Assembly (NCBI GenBank): GCA_012295275.1
Contig: CM022673.1
Coordinates: forward strand, 16,492,001 to 16,556,000
Origin: Chrysomallon squamiferum
Lineage: Eukaryota > Animalia > Mollusca
Direction of reading: 5' to 3'
Length of the DNA: 64,000 nucleotides
Shown: in pieces, positions 43,901-57,300 of the stretch
How positions within the stretch are numbered: the first letter of the stretch is position 1
Layout of the letters: each line of letters begins with the position of its first letter
Translations under genes and position numbers: made by a program
Notes under the pieces: generated by a model
Seen by the model: only the letters and a program-made list of their open reading frames with translations
Databases searched by the model: none
What the model was told of the DNA's origin: nothing

Positions 43901-46676
43901 ACTGATAAACTTCATCTAACTTCTTTTTAGTATAAAGGTTTTACATCTGTATTTATTTTACACATAATGGCTTACAGACATCCTTAAATAATAATACAAA
44001 ATATTCTTACATCAAAAATATCTTAGAAATTTAAAAATATAAAGATCTTGGTATGTGATATCATATTAAAAGATAAGGACCCATTAAAAAAAATTGTTTT
44101 TATATTCTTTTATGACATGGATCCAATGGCGGAAAGTAGACAAATTTTATTTTTAAAACCTTTTGGAGTCTCAGATAAAAATCTTATATTTTGAATGCAA
44201 GATTTGAGGAATAAAACATCTTTTGGTTGATTCTGATGTACATATCTATCTCAGATACCACAGTAGAAGTATTTTATTTAACTATATGCAACAACATTTT
44301 TGTGTTTTCTACTGCATTTTTTAACAAACATTTTCCTTTAATATTAGAATTTCTTATGTTGGCATCTGGATCATACAGTTTTGATTAATATATGCAAGCA
44401 AGCAACCAAATGTGTGTAGAAATGACAAACAAAAGAAATATTAATACCTCCCAGAACTTGTTCTTGTTAATCCCGTCATGGTAAGCTTTAGCGAATTTGC
44501 TCTCCGAGTTGAGGGCTGTAATAGCTGCACTGAACTGTGACATTGGGTGGAGATTGCTGGGAAAGTTACTCAACAATGTTGTTACATGGTTTGGTAAAGC
44601 AGCTCGGCTATTCCATTCCTATTGAAATATTACCATTAATGTAATTATCTTGGTTTACTTTTCATTTTACATACTTATTAAAGAATTAGAGAAATATTAT
44701 CATGCTTGAACAAATATAAATTCAGCTTATCTTCTAGGTACAACTGACAGTGTATCTTTGAAGATTCTACATGCCTGGATTTAAAAAAAATAAAATAAAA
44801 TGTCTACAATATTAATTATGGAACTGGATTTATAAGTAGCTAATATTTTATTGCAAAACATCAATTAAACAAAAAGATACAGTAGTGGAGAATTGGCCAC
44901 AGCTCAATCAAAATAAGAAATCTGTGGTATTATAATGGTGGATCCTTCACAATAAAAAGTTGTGTCAGACTCTTCATTACCAATGACTGTTTATAAAGAA
45001 TAAGCTTACATGTGTTACAGCATCTGTCTGAGCCTGTGATGGGATGTCACCAGTGAGCAGAAGCCAGAACAAACCTTCAGGGAGGGGCTCTTCTCCACCT
45101 TTTGCTTTTGGTAACAGTTTCTGACATTCAGGTATGCTGTAACCTCGAAAGCGAATACCTTCATCAGGATCAAGAACAGAGGTTTCTGTAACTAGTCCTT
45201 TAATTCCTCGCATGCCTCCATACATCTGATGACATAAAAACATTTTAGTTAATTTTCTGATCTTACTGAAATCAAATAAGATGTATTATAAAAAAATATC
45301 TTTTACCATTTTTAAAATGGATAACTTCGCTACATTCAAATTTTTATTAAAGAAAGTTTCTAAATATTTTTATCTGTCAGATCAATCTTGAAGAAAGATG
45401 TCACTCACACACATTTCATGAGACTAGCAAAAAACAACAGAACTACTCTGTTACAAGAATTGTCCATCAACAATGTGAAAATTACCATGTCCACAGTAAC
45501 ATCTCCAACTTTATCCTTGCCATGACCTTTTCTGAGTTCAATAACTTCCTTCTGTTTTTCTGGTATTTTTTCAGATAACACCGACTTTAGATCCTGACAA
45601 AACAAAAGGCAGTACTAAATTATTAAACACACATACCAATCCATCAGTATATTATACAAATTGAGGGGGGGGAGGCATTTTATGATTTTAAATGCAAATT
45701 CTGAATTTTAAAAGTAAATTCAACCATACTCATGTTATGAATTCAAATACAATTTTGTTTATAATTATGTTTTATTGTAACTATTTATACTGTAAATATT
45801 ACTGTTAATTATTTTCAACTTATGGAGGAAAAAGAATGAAAAAAAAAAAAAAATGAATTTTGTATATGTTATTTGTGTCTGTGCTGTAAACCTATATTTT
45901 ATGATCTGTCATTAACTGGAAAGAAAGGGTCAAATTGTGACCCATAACGATATAAAACATGTAGATATACACGTACACCAACGTCCAACAATATCAACAA
46001 TGCTTACTGTAGATGTAGAAGCTGTACGTGCACATAGTGCTGCTGGCAAAATGCTCTGAAACAGATATTTGGCAAATTGTGAAATGTTATCTTTACATAA
46101 AATAAAAATACATTCACCCGATGTCAAAATTAGGCTACTAGATTATTAGTAAATTATATGCAAATTTATGATCAACTTGCAGTTTGATAAATAAAATAGG
46201 ATATAAAATTTATTTCATTGCAAATAATTAGATTAAATGATATATATTAATTAAGCTGATCCTCAAATGCACACCTCAGTTATGAGTTAACGGCATGGCT
46301 TACTCAATGAGGTACTTTTATAGTTGACCTTGAGCGAAGGGTAATAACCTGTTTGTTGTCAAGGCCAATGGCAAACAACTCTTAGAAATGAAAAAAGATA
46401 TCAGCAATACCGCTAAAATAATCGAATGAAAATACTTAGTTGTTATATCGATGTTATAACATGCCTGTTAATTTTTACTTTAAACAAAAATGGCAAATTC
46501 ATAAAGTCACTTAAAGTGAACGAAATAATACGCCTCGCCGGTTTATTATTCTGGATATTAAAATACTGATAATGAAATAAAAAAAAATTAACTTTAAATT
46601 ATTACGCTTAAAATACCAAAACGAATACCTTATTCTGCAGCAGTATCTGAAATGCAACTTTCCGGATAACTGACAT
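40070..46676 (-). CDS. CS: Mitochondrial citrate synthase, 10 exons; as assembled, exon 9 has a +1 frameshift
   Basis: Exons 46676-46629, 46055-46008, 45593-45486, 45225-45010, 44618-44448, 43858-43662, 42865-42736, 41687-41586, 41208-40998 and 40234-40070. Motifs [79 protein letters not shown] and LPIERPKS, plus a presequence-like N-terminus. Confidence 0.95.
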
Positions 46677-46809
46677 GGTTTCGTTTTAATGCTTCGAACA
46701 CTGGAAAATCACAAGGTCTGATGCCACGGAAGTCGGCTATCGCTTTCGTTCGCTTTTTTTATTTTCCTCCCTTGTCTTATAGCCTTTAAAGTAGCCCGAC
46801 TAATAGTTC

Positions 46810-46847
<38 letters not shown>

Positions 46848-47590
46848 TTACAGTAATTTGACAGAAATGTCCATTATCCAAACATTTCCGATTTTTATTA
46901 TTCTATAGTTTATTAATTTCTTAATGATTAATTTTGTTTATTTCTTAAATTTAAATTTTGCATGTATATCTTCGATACAAATGAAGTTATTTATGCCAAG
47001 GCAGGCATAATGGATAAAATTCAGTTTGAAACTGGTGTGAAGGGTGTCCTGCTTACGGATAGAATCAGTTATACTAATTTATTTTTCTGTTTTTTCCTAT
47101 AATTATGCAGTCCAATGTCAATGCCTACCTAACCTCCAAATTTTTAAAAGTAATAATATAATTATTAAGCTAAGCTAAGGTAAGCTAAGTTCAAATAAAA
47201 TAAAATAAAATAAATAAACAAACACAAATCAATTTATGTTAATCATTTATTTAATACTCATTTCAATTAAAAGTTTAGATAAAATCCATTTCTCAGAACA
47301 ACTGCATTCATCTTTCGAACGAAATCGGTGTAGGATTTCTGTGGTGGAAATACCTCTTATTTATCGTCTGCTCCATTACTGAGTAAGAGGTCTCAGTTGT
47401 TTTCACTCTATGTTAAATGGGTAAAATTTGATGTAAATTTTGAAAAATATAATGATTATCAAGGAAAATTGATATATTCATATGTAACAGATTAATAATT
47501 TAAATAAATAAATAAATATCGAAAAGAATTAATAAAAAAAAGAAGATGAATTTAAGGTTATATGAAAATGTTACGTTCTCGTTCTCTCTC

Positions 47591-47593
<3 letters not shown>

Positions 47594-47668
<75 letters not shown>
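47594..47668. repeat. (TG)n microsatellite
   Basis: Perfect TG run followed by (CG)n. Confidence 0.95.
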
Positions 47669-47676
<8 letters not shown>

Positions 47677-47943
47677 CGTCGTCGCCCGGACGCGCTCATT
47701 TCATAAGTCGTCAGGCGCAATTTGAGCCTCTCACAATATTCTTTGCATTAAGATATTTTCATTAATTTTTTATTGCAAGTGCGTGTTTGTTTGCTGCGTT
47801 GCGCAGGCGCGATCGTTTCGTCATAAACAGTTTGGTTCTCATCATTCCATCAAGATAGGAATACATTAGGTGTTACAAAATATCTTTACCTTCATTCAGA
47901 ATTTTTTAATAATTATTATTTATCAACATGAATGCACACTTGT

Positions 47944-47976
<33 letters not shown>

Positions 47977-48659
47977 CATACACAAACACACACATACATA
48001 TTTCTACATATAAATATATCATCATATCACATCTTTCTACACACCTACACACCAGATCTACCCATTTATCTATGTATACACACACATACACACATACATA
48101 TTCCACTTTTACGTAAATGCATATATAGATTATACATTCATATATTCATACATTTGTTCATTCAGATATATATTCAAACATACATATATACATATACACG
48201 TGTATGCACAGCAGCGGCAGTGAATATAATGTAGTATCTTCTTTAAGTAACATTACTTGTGATTATTATCGATCAAAATATATATATATGTACCCTCGGG
48301 TTCCTGGTTGCTGCATTGAATAAGGTTGCATCTGTGTAAGTTCCCGCAGGGTCTAAAGGTGTAAACGATGTTTAACCGAAATTATTATCTTATAACAAAT
48401 AATTATTCACCTGACTAATTTACCAATCAGAAAATAACTATTTCAACAAACAGTTGATAACTTAGTGTTTGTGATAAATGTATCAGCCAGCACTGTCACA
48501 CAGCTACTCGACAATACGAAGAAGTATTCCACTCTTGTTGGTGACGCCGTGTACGTTTCTTTTGATAACGTTATCACTGTTACCACGTCATTAGGCGCTT
48601 ATCTCTCCCACCTCCTTTTTTCCTTCTTTTCTTTTTATAAGGAGGAAACACAGTAACTT

Positions 48660-48706
<47 letters not shown>

Positions 48707-48851
48707 TGTAGGTTTTGTTTCGGTGAATATCAACAGAACACTTTAAAATTAATATTGTAAAAGATGAAACTCTTTTGATTCCATTCCAAAAATACACTTA
48801 TGTACATATATAATTACGTACGTATATACATATTCATAGATACATACATAG

Positions 48852-48909
<58 letters not shown>

Positions 48910-48952
48910 ATACATACATACATACAAACAAACACATATATAAACATATACG

Positions 48953-49330
48953 GTATTAGACATTCCTGTTGCCAAACATCTTAATCTACCAGGCCATATA
49001 TTGGAGTATCTTTTTAAAAAAAATCCCCTAGAGCAAACGCCTATTCAATAATCCCGAAAACTGAAACTGACTTTTCAGACTCGAACGAGAAGCGTTTTTG
49101 ATTAGCACATTACAAATACAAAAACCATTTGGAATAAATGTTGAATCGGGAAAATGTAAAGAGAGAGATAAAATAATTTTCCCAATAATTTATAATCACC
49201 GCAATATTGACATTGGCAAAAATATGAAGGAACAATATTTTAACTTACAAACCACTATGAAAAATCCAATGACGGTACTTCCCGTCATAGCTTACAGAAA
49301 AAACCTACGTCTAAAGGACATTTCAGTCTC
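48953..49330 (+). mobile_element. Degenerate Penelope-like retroelement fragment (GIY-YIG endonuclease C-terminal region plus linker-like segment)
   Basis: Translation across a stop and a frameshift gives DIPVAKHLNLPGH...PLEQ...RLEREAFLISTLQIQKPFGINV, resembling PVAxHFNxxGH..RExxWIxxLxTxxPxGLN. It is followed by FPIIYN...PVIAYRKNLRLKDI, resembling PxxAYRRxxNLRDxLV. Confidence 0.6.
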
Positions 49331-49961
49331 TATGCGAGTTATGTTTCAAAAAGATTTACGAATTAATTCAATAAAAGATACGGAAATGTTTTTAAATATT
49401 TTTAAAGGTTATGTTATTTGTACCGAATATTTTTTATTTCTTTTCTTCTAAATAGTGTTTGAAATAGTTTTAAATAGATTTTTCAAAAGTATTTTTTCTA
49501 CAAGTGTATTTATATTATATGTTATAATATTTTATAGATTTTGTAGAAGAATACCCTCTAAATAGTTTTTGGATAAGTTTTAAATACATTTGGAAATGTA
49601 TTTTTAAACATCTCTGCACGCTTTTATATGTAGTTTTAAAAGATTTTGTGTATGCAAATAAATGGGGTTTTTAAAATATGACAGCAAAATAATAAATAAA
49701 TAGACAAAGGACCAAAGTACAATGTAATAAACATTACAATGATCAGTTTTAAGTCAACTCGGATCCTTAGAAATAAAATTAGAAAATGATTTTTCTTTTT
49801 AATAATAAAACATTTCCTGTGCCAGTGCGTTTTTTAATTCTTAAATACATACATACATACACACACACACATCCATATGTTCATACATTCATACATAAAT
49901 GTATACATACATGCATACATATATGCATACATACATGCATACAAACATATACACACACACA

Positions 49962-49995
<34 letters not shown>

Positions 49996-50426
49996 TACGT
50001 ACACACATATTCACACATATTTAAGTTGTATTTTTTTATTGTGATGTATTTTCATTATTTTGATTTTATGTTGAAAGAAATCTGTTTATTGCCTGTCCAC
50101 GTGTTGACCAAATACACAAATAACAGAAAGAAATCGACCAACGAATACCATTTTCTCGTTTCCTTGTCACTTCTTCAAGCGATTTTCCAAGAACAAATAA
50201 TTTTTACAATTTCTTCGGCATAATGTACAAAACAAATAAAATATATATATATTTTTTTTTTTTTAAAAAGACGCTAAAATAAATAAAATCCCAAAACCCT
50301 CTATAATAGTCTCATTATAACTTTTTCACAAAAAAATCTCCATTTATAATTTTTGTAAACAAATGGATGCTGCTGTTATTATCCATTATTATCACTGTTA
50401 TTGTTATTGTAGCTACGGCACTATGG

Positions 50427-50683
50427 TTAGTCCAAGTATATGGAAATTATAAACAAATCCTCTTTTGATTTTTCGTAAGATTCTGAATTTTTTTGTTTTT
50501 GTCTAAAACAATTATCGGTAACTGTGGGAACTTGGACAGGTGGAAGCCATTTTGGTGGTTGTACTGGACATTGATTCATCTTGCTATTGCTACGAACGTC
50601 ACTGTCGGTGAACTGTGATAAAGAAAATTGATTTTCAACTGTGGCGAATCCAGAAATAAATGTGGTGGATGTTTTATCACTAT
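50427..50683 (-). CDS. Putative alternative terminal exon of the Kv3/Shaw gene (85 aa)
   Basis: AG acceptor at 50685-50684, in phase 1, matches the phase-1 donors at 54046 and 59194. The frame is open, DSDKTSTTFISGFATVENQFSLSQF...QPPKWLPPVQVPTV...LFIISIYLD*, inside otherwise stop-rich AT-rich DNA. Confidence 0.5.
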
Positions 50684-52162
50684 CTTTTGTAAAACATAGA
50701 AAAAGTGAAAAACTATCATCATTTAAAAAAAAAAATTCAGATATTATTTGCTAGGTGCAGTCTTCTTTTCTTATTATTATTATTATTATTATTAGCATTA
50801 TTATTAAAAAAAAATAATATATATATATATAAACAAAAACAAATAAATCCAAAAAAAAAAAAAAAAAAAAAAAAAAAGAAAGAAAGAAAGAATTCTGAGC
50901 TGGTATAAAGGCTTTTGATACAAATTAAGGCGTGTGAACATTCGCTGTATATTATTGGTAATTATGAGTTTTTTTTTGACCACTAAATCCATGACGGACG
51001 CAAATCTTCCCTCTCTGCGCTCACGCATTTTATGAGAAAAGTTTGCCCGCCAGAAACAAATGAAAGAATATGTTTAAAAATAGCTCTTTTAAAAAAAAAC
51101 CCAAAAAAAAAACAAAAAAACACTTATTTCAATATATATTTATATAATAATTAAAAAATAAAAAAATAAAAAAAAAAAAAAAAAGAAGAAAAAAGGAGTA
51201 ACTTATAATATTTTAATAATCTTTTAAAATTTCATTATTATTATTATTATTATTATTATTGTTGTTGTTGTTATTGTTATTGTTATTGTTACTATCGTTT
51301 TCGGATTATAGCATTTTATTTTTAAAAAAACAAGAAAAAAAAGAAGAATTAAAAAAAAAAAAAAACCCTGTTAAACTGATTTCTGAACAAACAAAATCTG
51401 ATATATTTTGCATCGGTTTGACGTAAATCCATAATAGCTGGAAATCTAATACAAGTTCATAAAAAGCCGATTAATATTAATGTTGTGATTATCTTGAAAC
51501 CCAGTTCACTTGTAGATTTAGCTATGGCGAACACTTTAAATATTTCGCACTATTGGACTCATATATCATTATAACATTATATTTTTAATTTTATAAATTA
51601 TATTAATATTCATATATTATAACTGAATATTGGCATACAGAAGGTGTGTGTGTGTGTGTTTGTGATTACTCTGCATCCTAAGAAAGAGAGGAAAGAGACA
51701 GAGACAGATAGACAGACAGAGAGTAATAGTAGCTGTAGTGTTGATGATGTTGTGGTTAGTTCAAAGGATGCACACAAAACATTATCTACATATTATCACA
51801 AAGAACTCATTAAAATCATGTTTATTGTAAATGCAGAAAGATAATATTTATTTCAGAAACTAAACAATTTGTTTAAAAGGCTATAACATAAATATAATAA
51901 ATCAAAATAGCTTGCATTCAAGGCAAAATGTTTGTGAGTCACATACAATGCATAATAATTGGCATAAAAGGACAATGTGTATTGGGACACTAATAGTATA
52001 TTGTGGACTCTGTGTATTGCATACTCGGATCTAAATTTCTGTTAACGTTAATCGCACAAATTCCGCGATTTTAAAACTGATTTGTATTTTGAGCAAAGTT
52101 GAATAAAATATGCATACACATTAATGTACTGAAATTAAAATGATTAAACTGTGCCTAAAATA

Positions 52163-52167
<5 letters not shown>

Positions 52168-52252
<85 letters not shown>
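52168..52252. repeat. (GA)n microsatellite
   Basis: Perfect GA run. Confidence 0.95.
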
Positions 52253-52261
<9 letters not shown>

Positions 52262-52450
52262 CTATTTAATCATTATACATTTAAATTAGAAATTGGTTAT
52301 TTTATCTTAAAGTTTTCGCTTATAAATAACAAGTGAATGAATGAATAACCTATCTCTACGTATATGATATTATGTTTAATCACCCATTGCGGACGGCGAT
52401 ATTTAACCACATGCGATTTAAATTTAAAAAAATAAAAATATTCTGCACGT

Positions 52451-52688
52451 GAGATATTCTTTTAATCGGATATTTAGTACGGTACTCGGTCTTTATCTAA
52501 GTGGGTTGGTGTGAATCGGTACAAGGTAACTTTATCAGTCTTATTTCTGTTACACTAAACAATATACAATGGAGATATTCTTTTAATCGGATATTTAGTA
52601 CGGTACTCGGTCTTTATCTAAGTGGGTTGGTGTGAATCGGTACAAGTCTTATCAGTCTTATTTCTGTTACACTAAACAATATACAATG
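52451..52688. repeat. Near-perfect ~120-bp tandem duplication
   Basis: GAGATATTCTTTTAATCGG...ACAATATACAATG at 52451-52571 and 52572-52688, differing only around one small indel. Confidence 0.9.
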
Positions 52689-53256
52689 GAGTAAGGTAAA
52701 ACTTTAACATAATATTATCACATATCACATGTCGGTTGACATAATAAAGACATAAAATTTGCATTATAAATTAAGAAATACACCAGCATAGGTAAAACTT
52801 TTGTCCTTCCTTCAAAACATACATCCATCAGTCCGCCATGAAACCTTTTGAAACTACTGAAACTTTTTGTTGTGTTAACATTCGCGAAGTCAGTTGAAAT
52901 CGTCTTTTTATGTAGTAGACATGACTGATATCGTCTCATGTATAACTGCATTATTTTTGTTCTTCTTTATTGCAACAAAATAGCATCCTCCACAACTGCT
53001 TGCATCACCATATACAAATATCTATTATAAAATAGTTTAAAAAAAAAAAAATATATATATATATATATATATTCCACGGTTGTTGAAACAGTATGTTATG
53101 AATAATCTGTAATACATTTACGTCGACGATGTTATATATCAACATCCCCTGTGTGTCCGTTATGAATAATCGCTTTAAACAACAACATCTTGCCTGTCCG
53201 TTATTAATAATCTTTTTATGCATCGACATCGGGGGTCTTCGTTACGAATAACCTTT

Positions 53257-54260
53257 TTATACATCCACATCCACTAGGTTGGTTGGAAATAACGATCGTC
53301 TTCGGTACTGTCCGCTGTTTTTCAATGCTACGGATCCTGAATAAAAAGCAGAAAACCCAAAACTATTTTAAATACACACCGCTTATGTTTATTATATAAT
53401 GGAATAATAAATTCTGTAATACTGATTTCTACAATTAATAAATGAAAATTCAGGAATTTATTCAAGATACTTTATAGCCTTAATTTTCATCTACCAGTTA
53501 AATTCAAAAACTGAATTAAAGTGCATTTTAAAACCTTTTACTAGAATTCAATGAACATTAACCAATACGATTGCCTTTACCACACTTATAAAAAAATTTC
53601 GGTAGAAATACAGACAGGCACAAAAAAATATAAGCACATTAGCTTACATACCCAGTAAACTGATTTGAAACCCCCCTAAAAAAAACCCAAACAAATCACA
53701 ATGAAAAAAAAACCCCATACACACAAAAAAAAAGAACAATCCCCCTGATACATATCAGAACACTAGCACAATAAAAAAAAAAAAAAAAAAAAAATTAAAA
53801 CAAACAACAAGAATAATAATATTAATAAATAAATAAATAAATAAATAAATTAATTAATTAATTAATTAATGCAAAAATAAAATAAAATAAATGAATAATT
53901 AAGGAACTAATTTAAGTAATTAATTTTGCAAAAGGTAAGTTTTAAAGTGGTATTAAGAAATTTATTAGTTCATCATCAACAACAACACCAACAACAACAA
54001 CAATAATAATAGCTATAGTTTGATGTCATTTCTGTTAACACTGACCACGTCGAATAGTTCCGTTGCTAGCGCATCCACTGGGTAACATACTACGTCTACG
54101 TGAAGACGGTTTTTTGGAAGGTGCAACAGCTGAGGTGTGATTTGAGGATGTCGTACAGTTGGCTACTTCGTCTGTAAATATCACACTGATGCCAGTATGT
54201 TCGTCATTATTGCTAGCTGTAAAATAAATGAAACAACGACTGAATGAATGAATGAATGAA

Positions 54261-54304
<44 letters not shown>

Positions 54305-57300
54305 CATCATCATATCATCATTGACATCATTATTATTATAAATAAATACATTAGAAGCAAGAAATGCACAACTGATCACTTAATAATAAAAAGGGTTGAA
54401 TGTATTATTTATTTACTTATTTATTTCTTCTGATTATCAATAATGCACTTATCATTTATTTATATATTTGTTTATTTCATATCCTTATTGTTGTTGGTTA
54501 AATACCGGTTAACGTTGGTTAGTTAATATTATATTTATTTATTTTTATAGTTTTGTACCGGACGTTTATTTATTTAGTACGAGTTATTGATCTTGTATTA
54601 TGTCACGTGACTGGTATCAGGCGACAAAAAAAAAAAAAAGAAGAAGAAAAAAACAAAAAAAAAAAACCCAGTAAATACAACAAACAAACAAAAGAAGAAA
54701 ACATACTGTTATTACAGTTATTTTGTGAATGACGTAACTTCTAAGGTAAGTTGAGTCAGTTTTGTAAATACAAATCTAATTAGTTTTCGTTTACATACTT
54801 AGTATTGATACTAGTCAAAAGTACAAGCTGAAGTTTTCAGTCTGCATGAGTTCGGGATCTCCCAGATAAGGTATGTTTATGAAAAATTAGAAAGGTTTAA
54901 TTGTTAAATATGTTTATTCAGAGGCAAAGAGCACAAATTTTACAATAAAAAAAGATGTGAACAGCTATCCTGTGAAAAAAGGTAAACACATTTGATAATC
55001 GCGAGGTTTTAAACATTCATCAGCACTCTGGTGTGGAAAATGTACTACTAATGTGAAGTGTACTACTGTTGGAGACGACGTCTGGAACTATACGGTAAAC
55101 AGTCGTTCTCCGGCGGATGCCCCTCAGGCTCGGGTGATCATTCTGTGATAAAGAAATCACGAGAAGAGCCTACGATTTTAAAATTGTCTTTCTACAAAGA
55201 CGAAGTGCAGAAACACGAACCTGTAGCATAATTCCCCTCCTTTCCGAATAACCAAAATGCTCTCTGCAGTCACAAAGCACAAGAACTGAAGTGCATATCG
55301 CGAGTTTAGTGGCGCATTTTTTTGCGGATGGTCGCCCGCTTAAACTGGGTCGAAAGCGACCGTTTACTCCGAGAGGAGGCCATTCAGAATATTCAGAACA
55401 TAAAATAATCTTCAAAGTGAAATAATAATAATAATATTCGGCGAAACTGACGATGAGAGGGGTCATGCATCACAGAACCTTTTAGAAAATGGCCTCCATG
55501 TTACTTCAATATCTACCACATGATTTGGATTCGTCAGTTAAAAGTACATAAGTATGTCAAGTTTCCTTTACATATTTGTAAACCAAGCTAGCACATTCTG
55601 AATGGGGAAATATTGTTCATTATGTTCAAAAATTGGTGTCATTGCTAAGATAAAAGTCTATTCATTATGCTATTGTCTATTTCCTTGGAGGTCTGTTTTT
55701 GGATGAAAAGTTGATAACCATTTTCTTTCTTGGGACAAGCTGTTTGCTATGCATTATATTTAAATCTGGAATTTCTAAATTGATTTTTCTGTCTGATTTC
55801 CCTATTGGCGAGAGAAGTTACATAATAATAAGTCAACAAAACACATATGACTACCTTAATATGCACCGTGCACTGCTAGAAACGTTAATGAAGGTTAAAT
55901 TTAAATTAAATGATTAACTGAAATATATTAGCGTAAAATGTCCGAGTTCGTTAATATGGGTTGAATTAATAAAATCAGTTTCTTAAATCACAAAAACATA
56001 ATATGTAAACTGAATTTGATCCAGTGTAAACAAAAGTTCAGGACCATCAGTGTCCGAAAAATCGGACGTGTACATGTATTTGAACTCAAAATGGCAAGAG
56101 ATTTTGTGAAATAAGCGCCTGTTTTCCACGGATGAGCAGCTTAAAATCTACATGCAACAGACATCATTTACATTTCGCTCAGGCATTGTGGCAAACAGCC
56201 CAAGAAAGAGTAGGCCTAGTTTTTCTATTCATCAACCAGTTCCACGATGTCTGGCTCGATGCCATTAATGCAGCTGCCTCTGTCCAATACCCTAAAAGAA
56301 CCTTAGTTCCAAATGCTAGCAATTTAAAAACAAACAGAAAGAAGAGAAAAAAGAGTTACTAACACACGTCCCGCAGACCTTTGTTATCGGCCCTTCTTCA
56401 TATGCAAATGGAGGCATGTTTTCATCACTAGAACTAAACTATTTAATTCATTTGCAGTTTGTTTAGACCCAGTTTCGTCAACATGGAACAATATAAAACG
56501 TATCATTCGACATTCAGAAATTAATCGTTTTAATGTTCCACGCATTATAATCTTTTGTTTGTAAACAGTCTGTATGCTTTTAAACACTGTCATTGTAAAG
56601 GTTAGTACATATTACATTACTGATACTGTTACTGAGGCTGTTTACTGAATATTGGTTTTGAAATTAAATCTCTGTATTTTTCCAGCATCCACGTTAGTCC
56701 ATTTATTAGTACTCGAGATTAATCTAGAGATATAATTTTTTCATGATAGTTCTAGCAATGTTAAATTTTTGTAAGTTTAGATTCAAACATATTTATATGT
56801 TGATAACAACAACACCAGCAACAAAATTGTTTCAAAATATTATTTCTAGATTAAGAACAACCTATATTCTGTGCTTCTGTGCTAATCCGAATTTACACTT
56901 GAAAATGGAAAGAAAGCAGAAATAAATAAAACAAATTCATGCAGACATGTATATTAATATTAATCATTAGAGTGAACAATATCTATCTATGGCGTGAGAG
57001 GAAACACTATCCATTTTCGTTCATCAATAATGCATTCCAGTTTATAATTTAGCTTAGATGAATAATTATTCTCGGAATATCTTAAGGCAGGTGATATACG
57101 AACAACTGAGTTATTGATATTTTTAAAATGTTGAACGTGCTGATACTAGTTATGTTAATTTTGAACATTTGATAAATCGGGGTATAAGGCACAGTTGCAT
57201 TTTTTTTCAATATTTTGGTGAATAAAAGTGTATTTTATTATTTACCTAGACACTAAATTTTAAATCATAAATATATGTCAAATTATGAATAAAGCTGAAT

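Noticed and set aside
47562-50223. CVCV- and HTHT-type ORFs
   Set aside because: Translations of (TG)n/(CA)n microsatellites.
53095-53271. CRISPR interpretation of the repeat-spacer pattern
   Set aside because: Eukaryotic context, degenerate repeats, 9-bp spacers and no cas genes.
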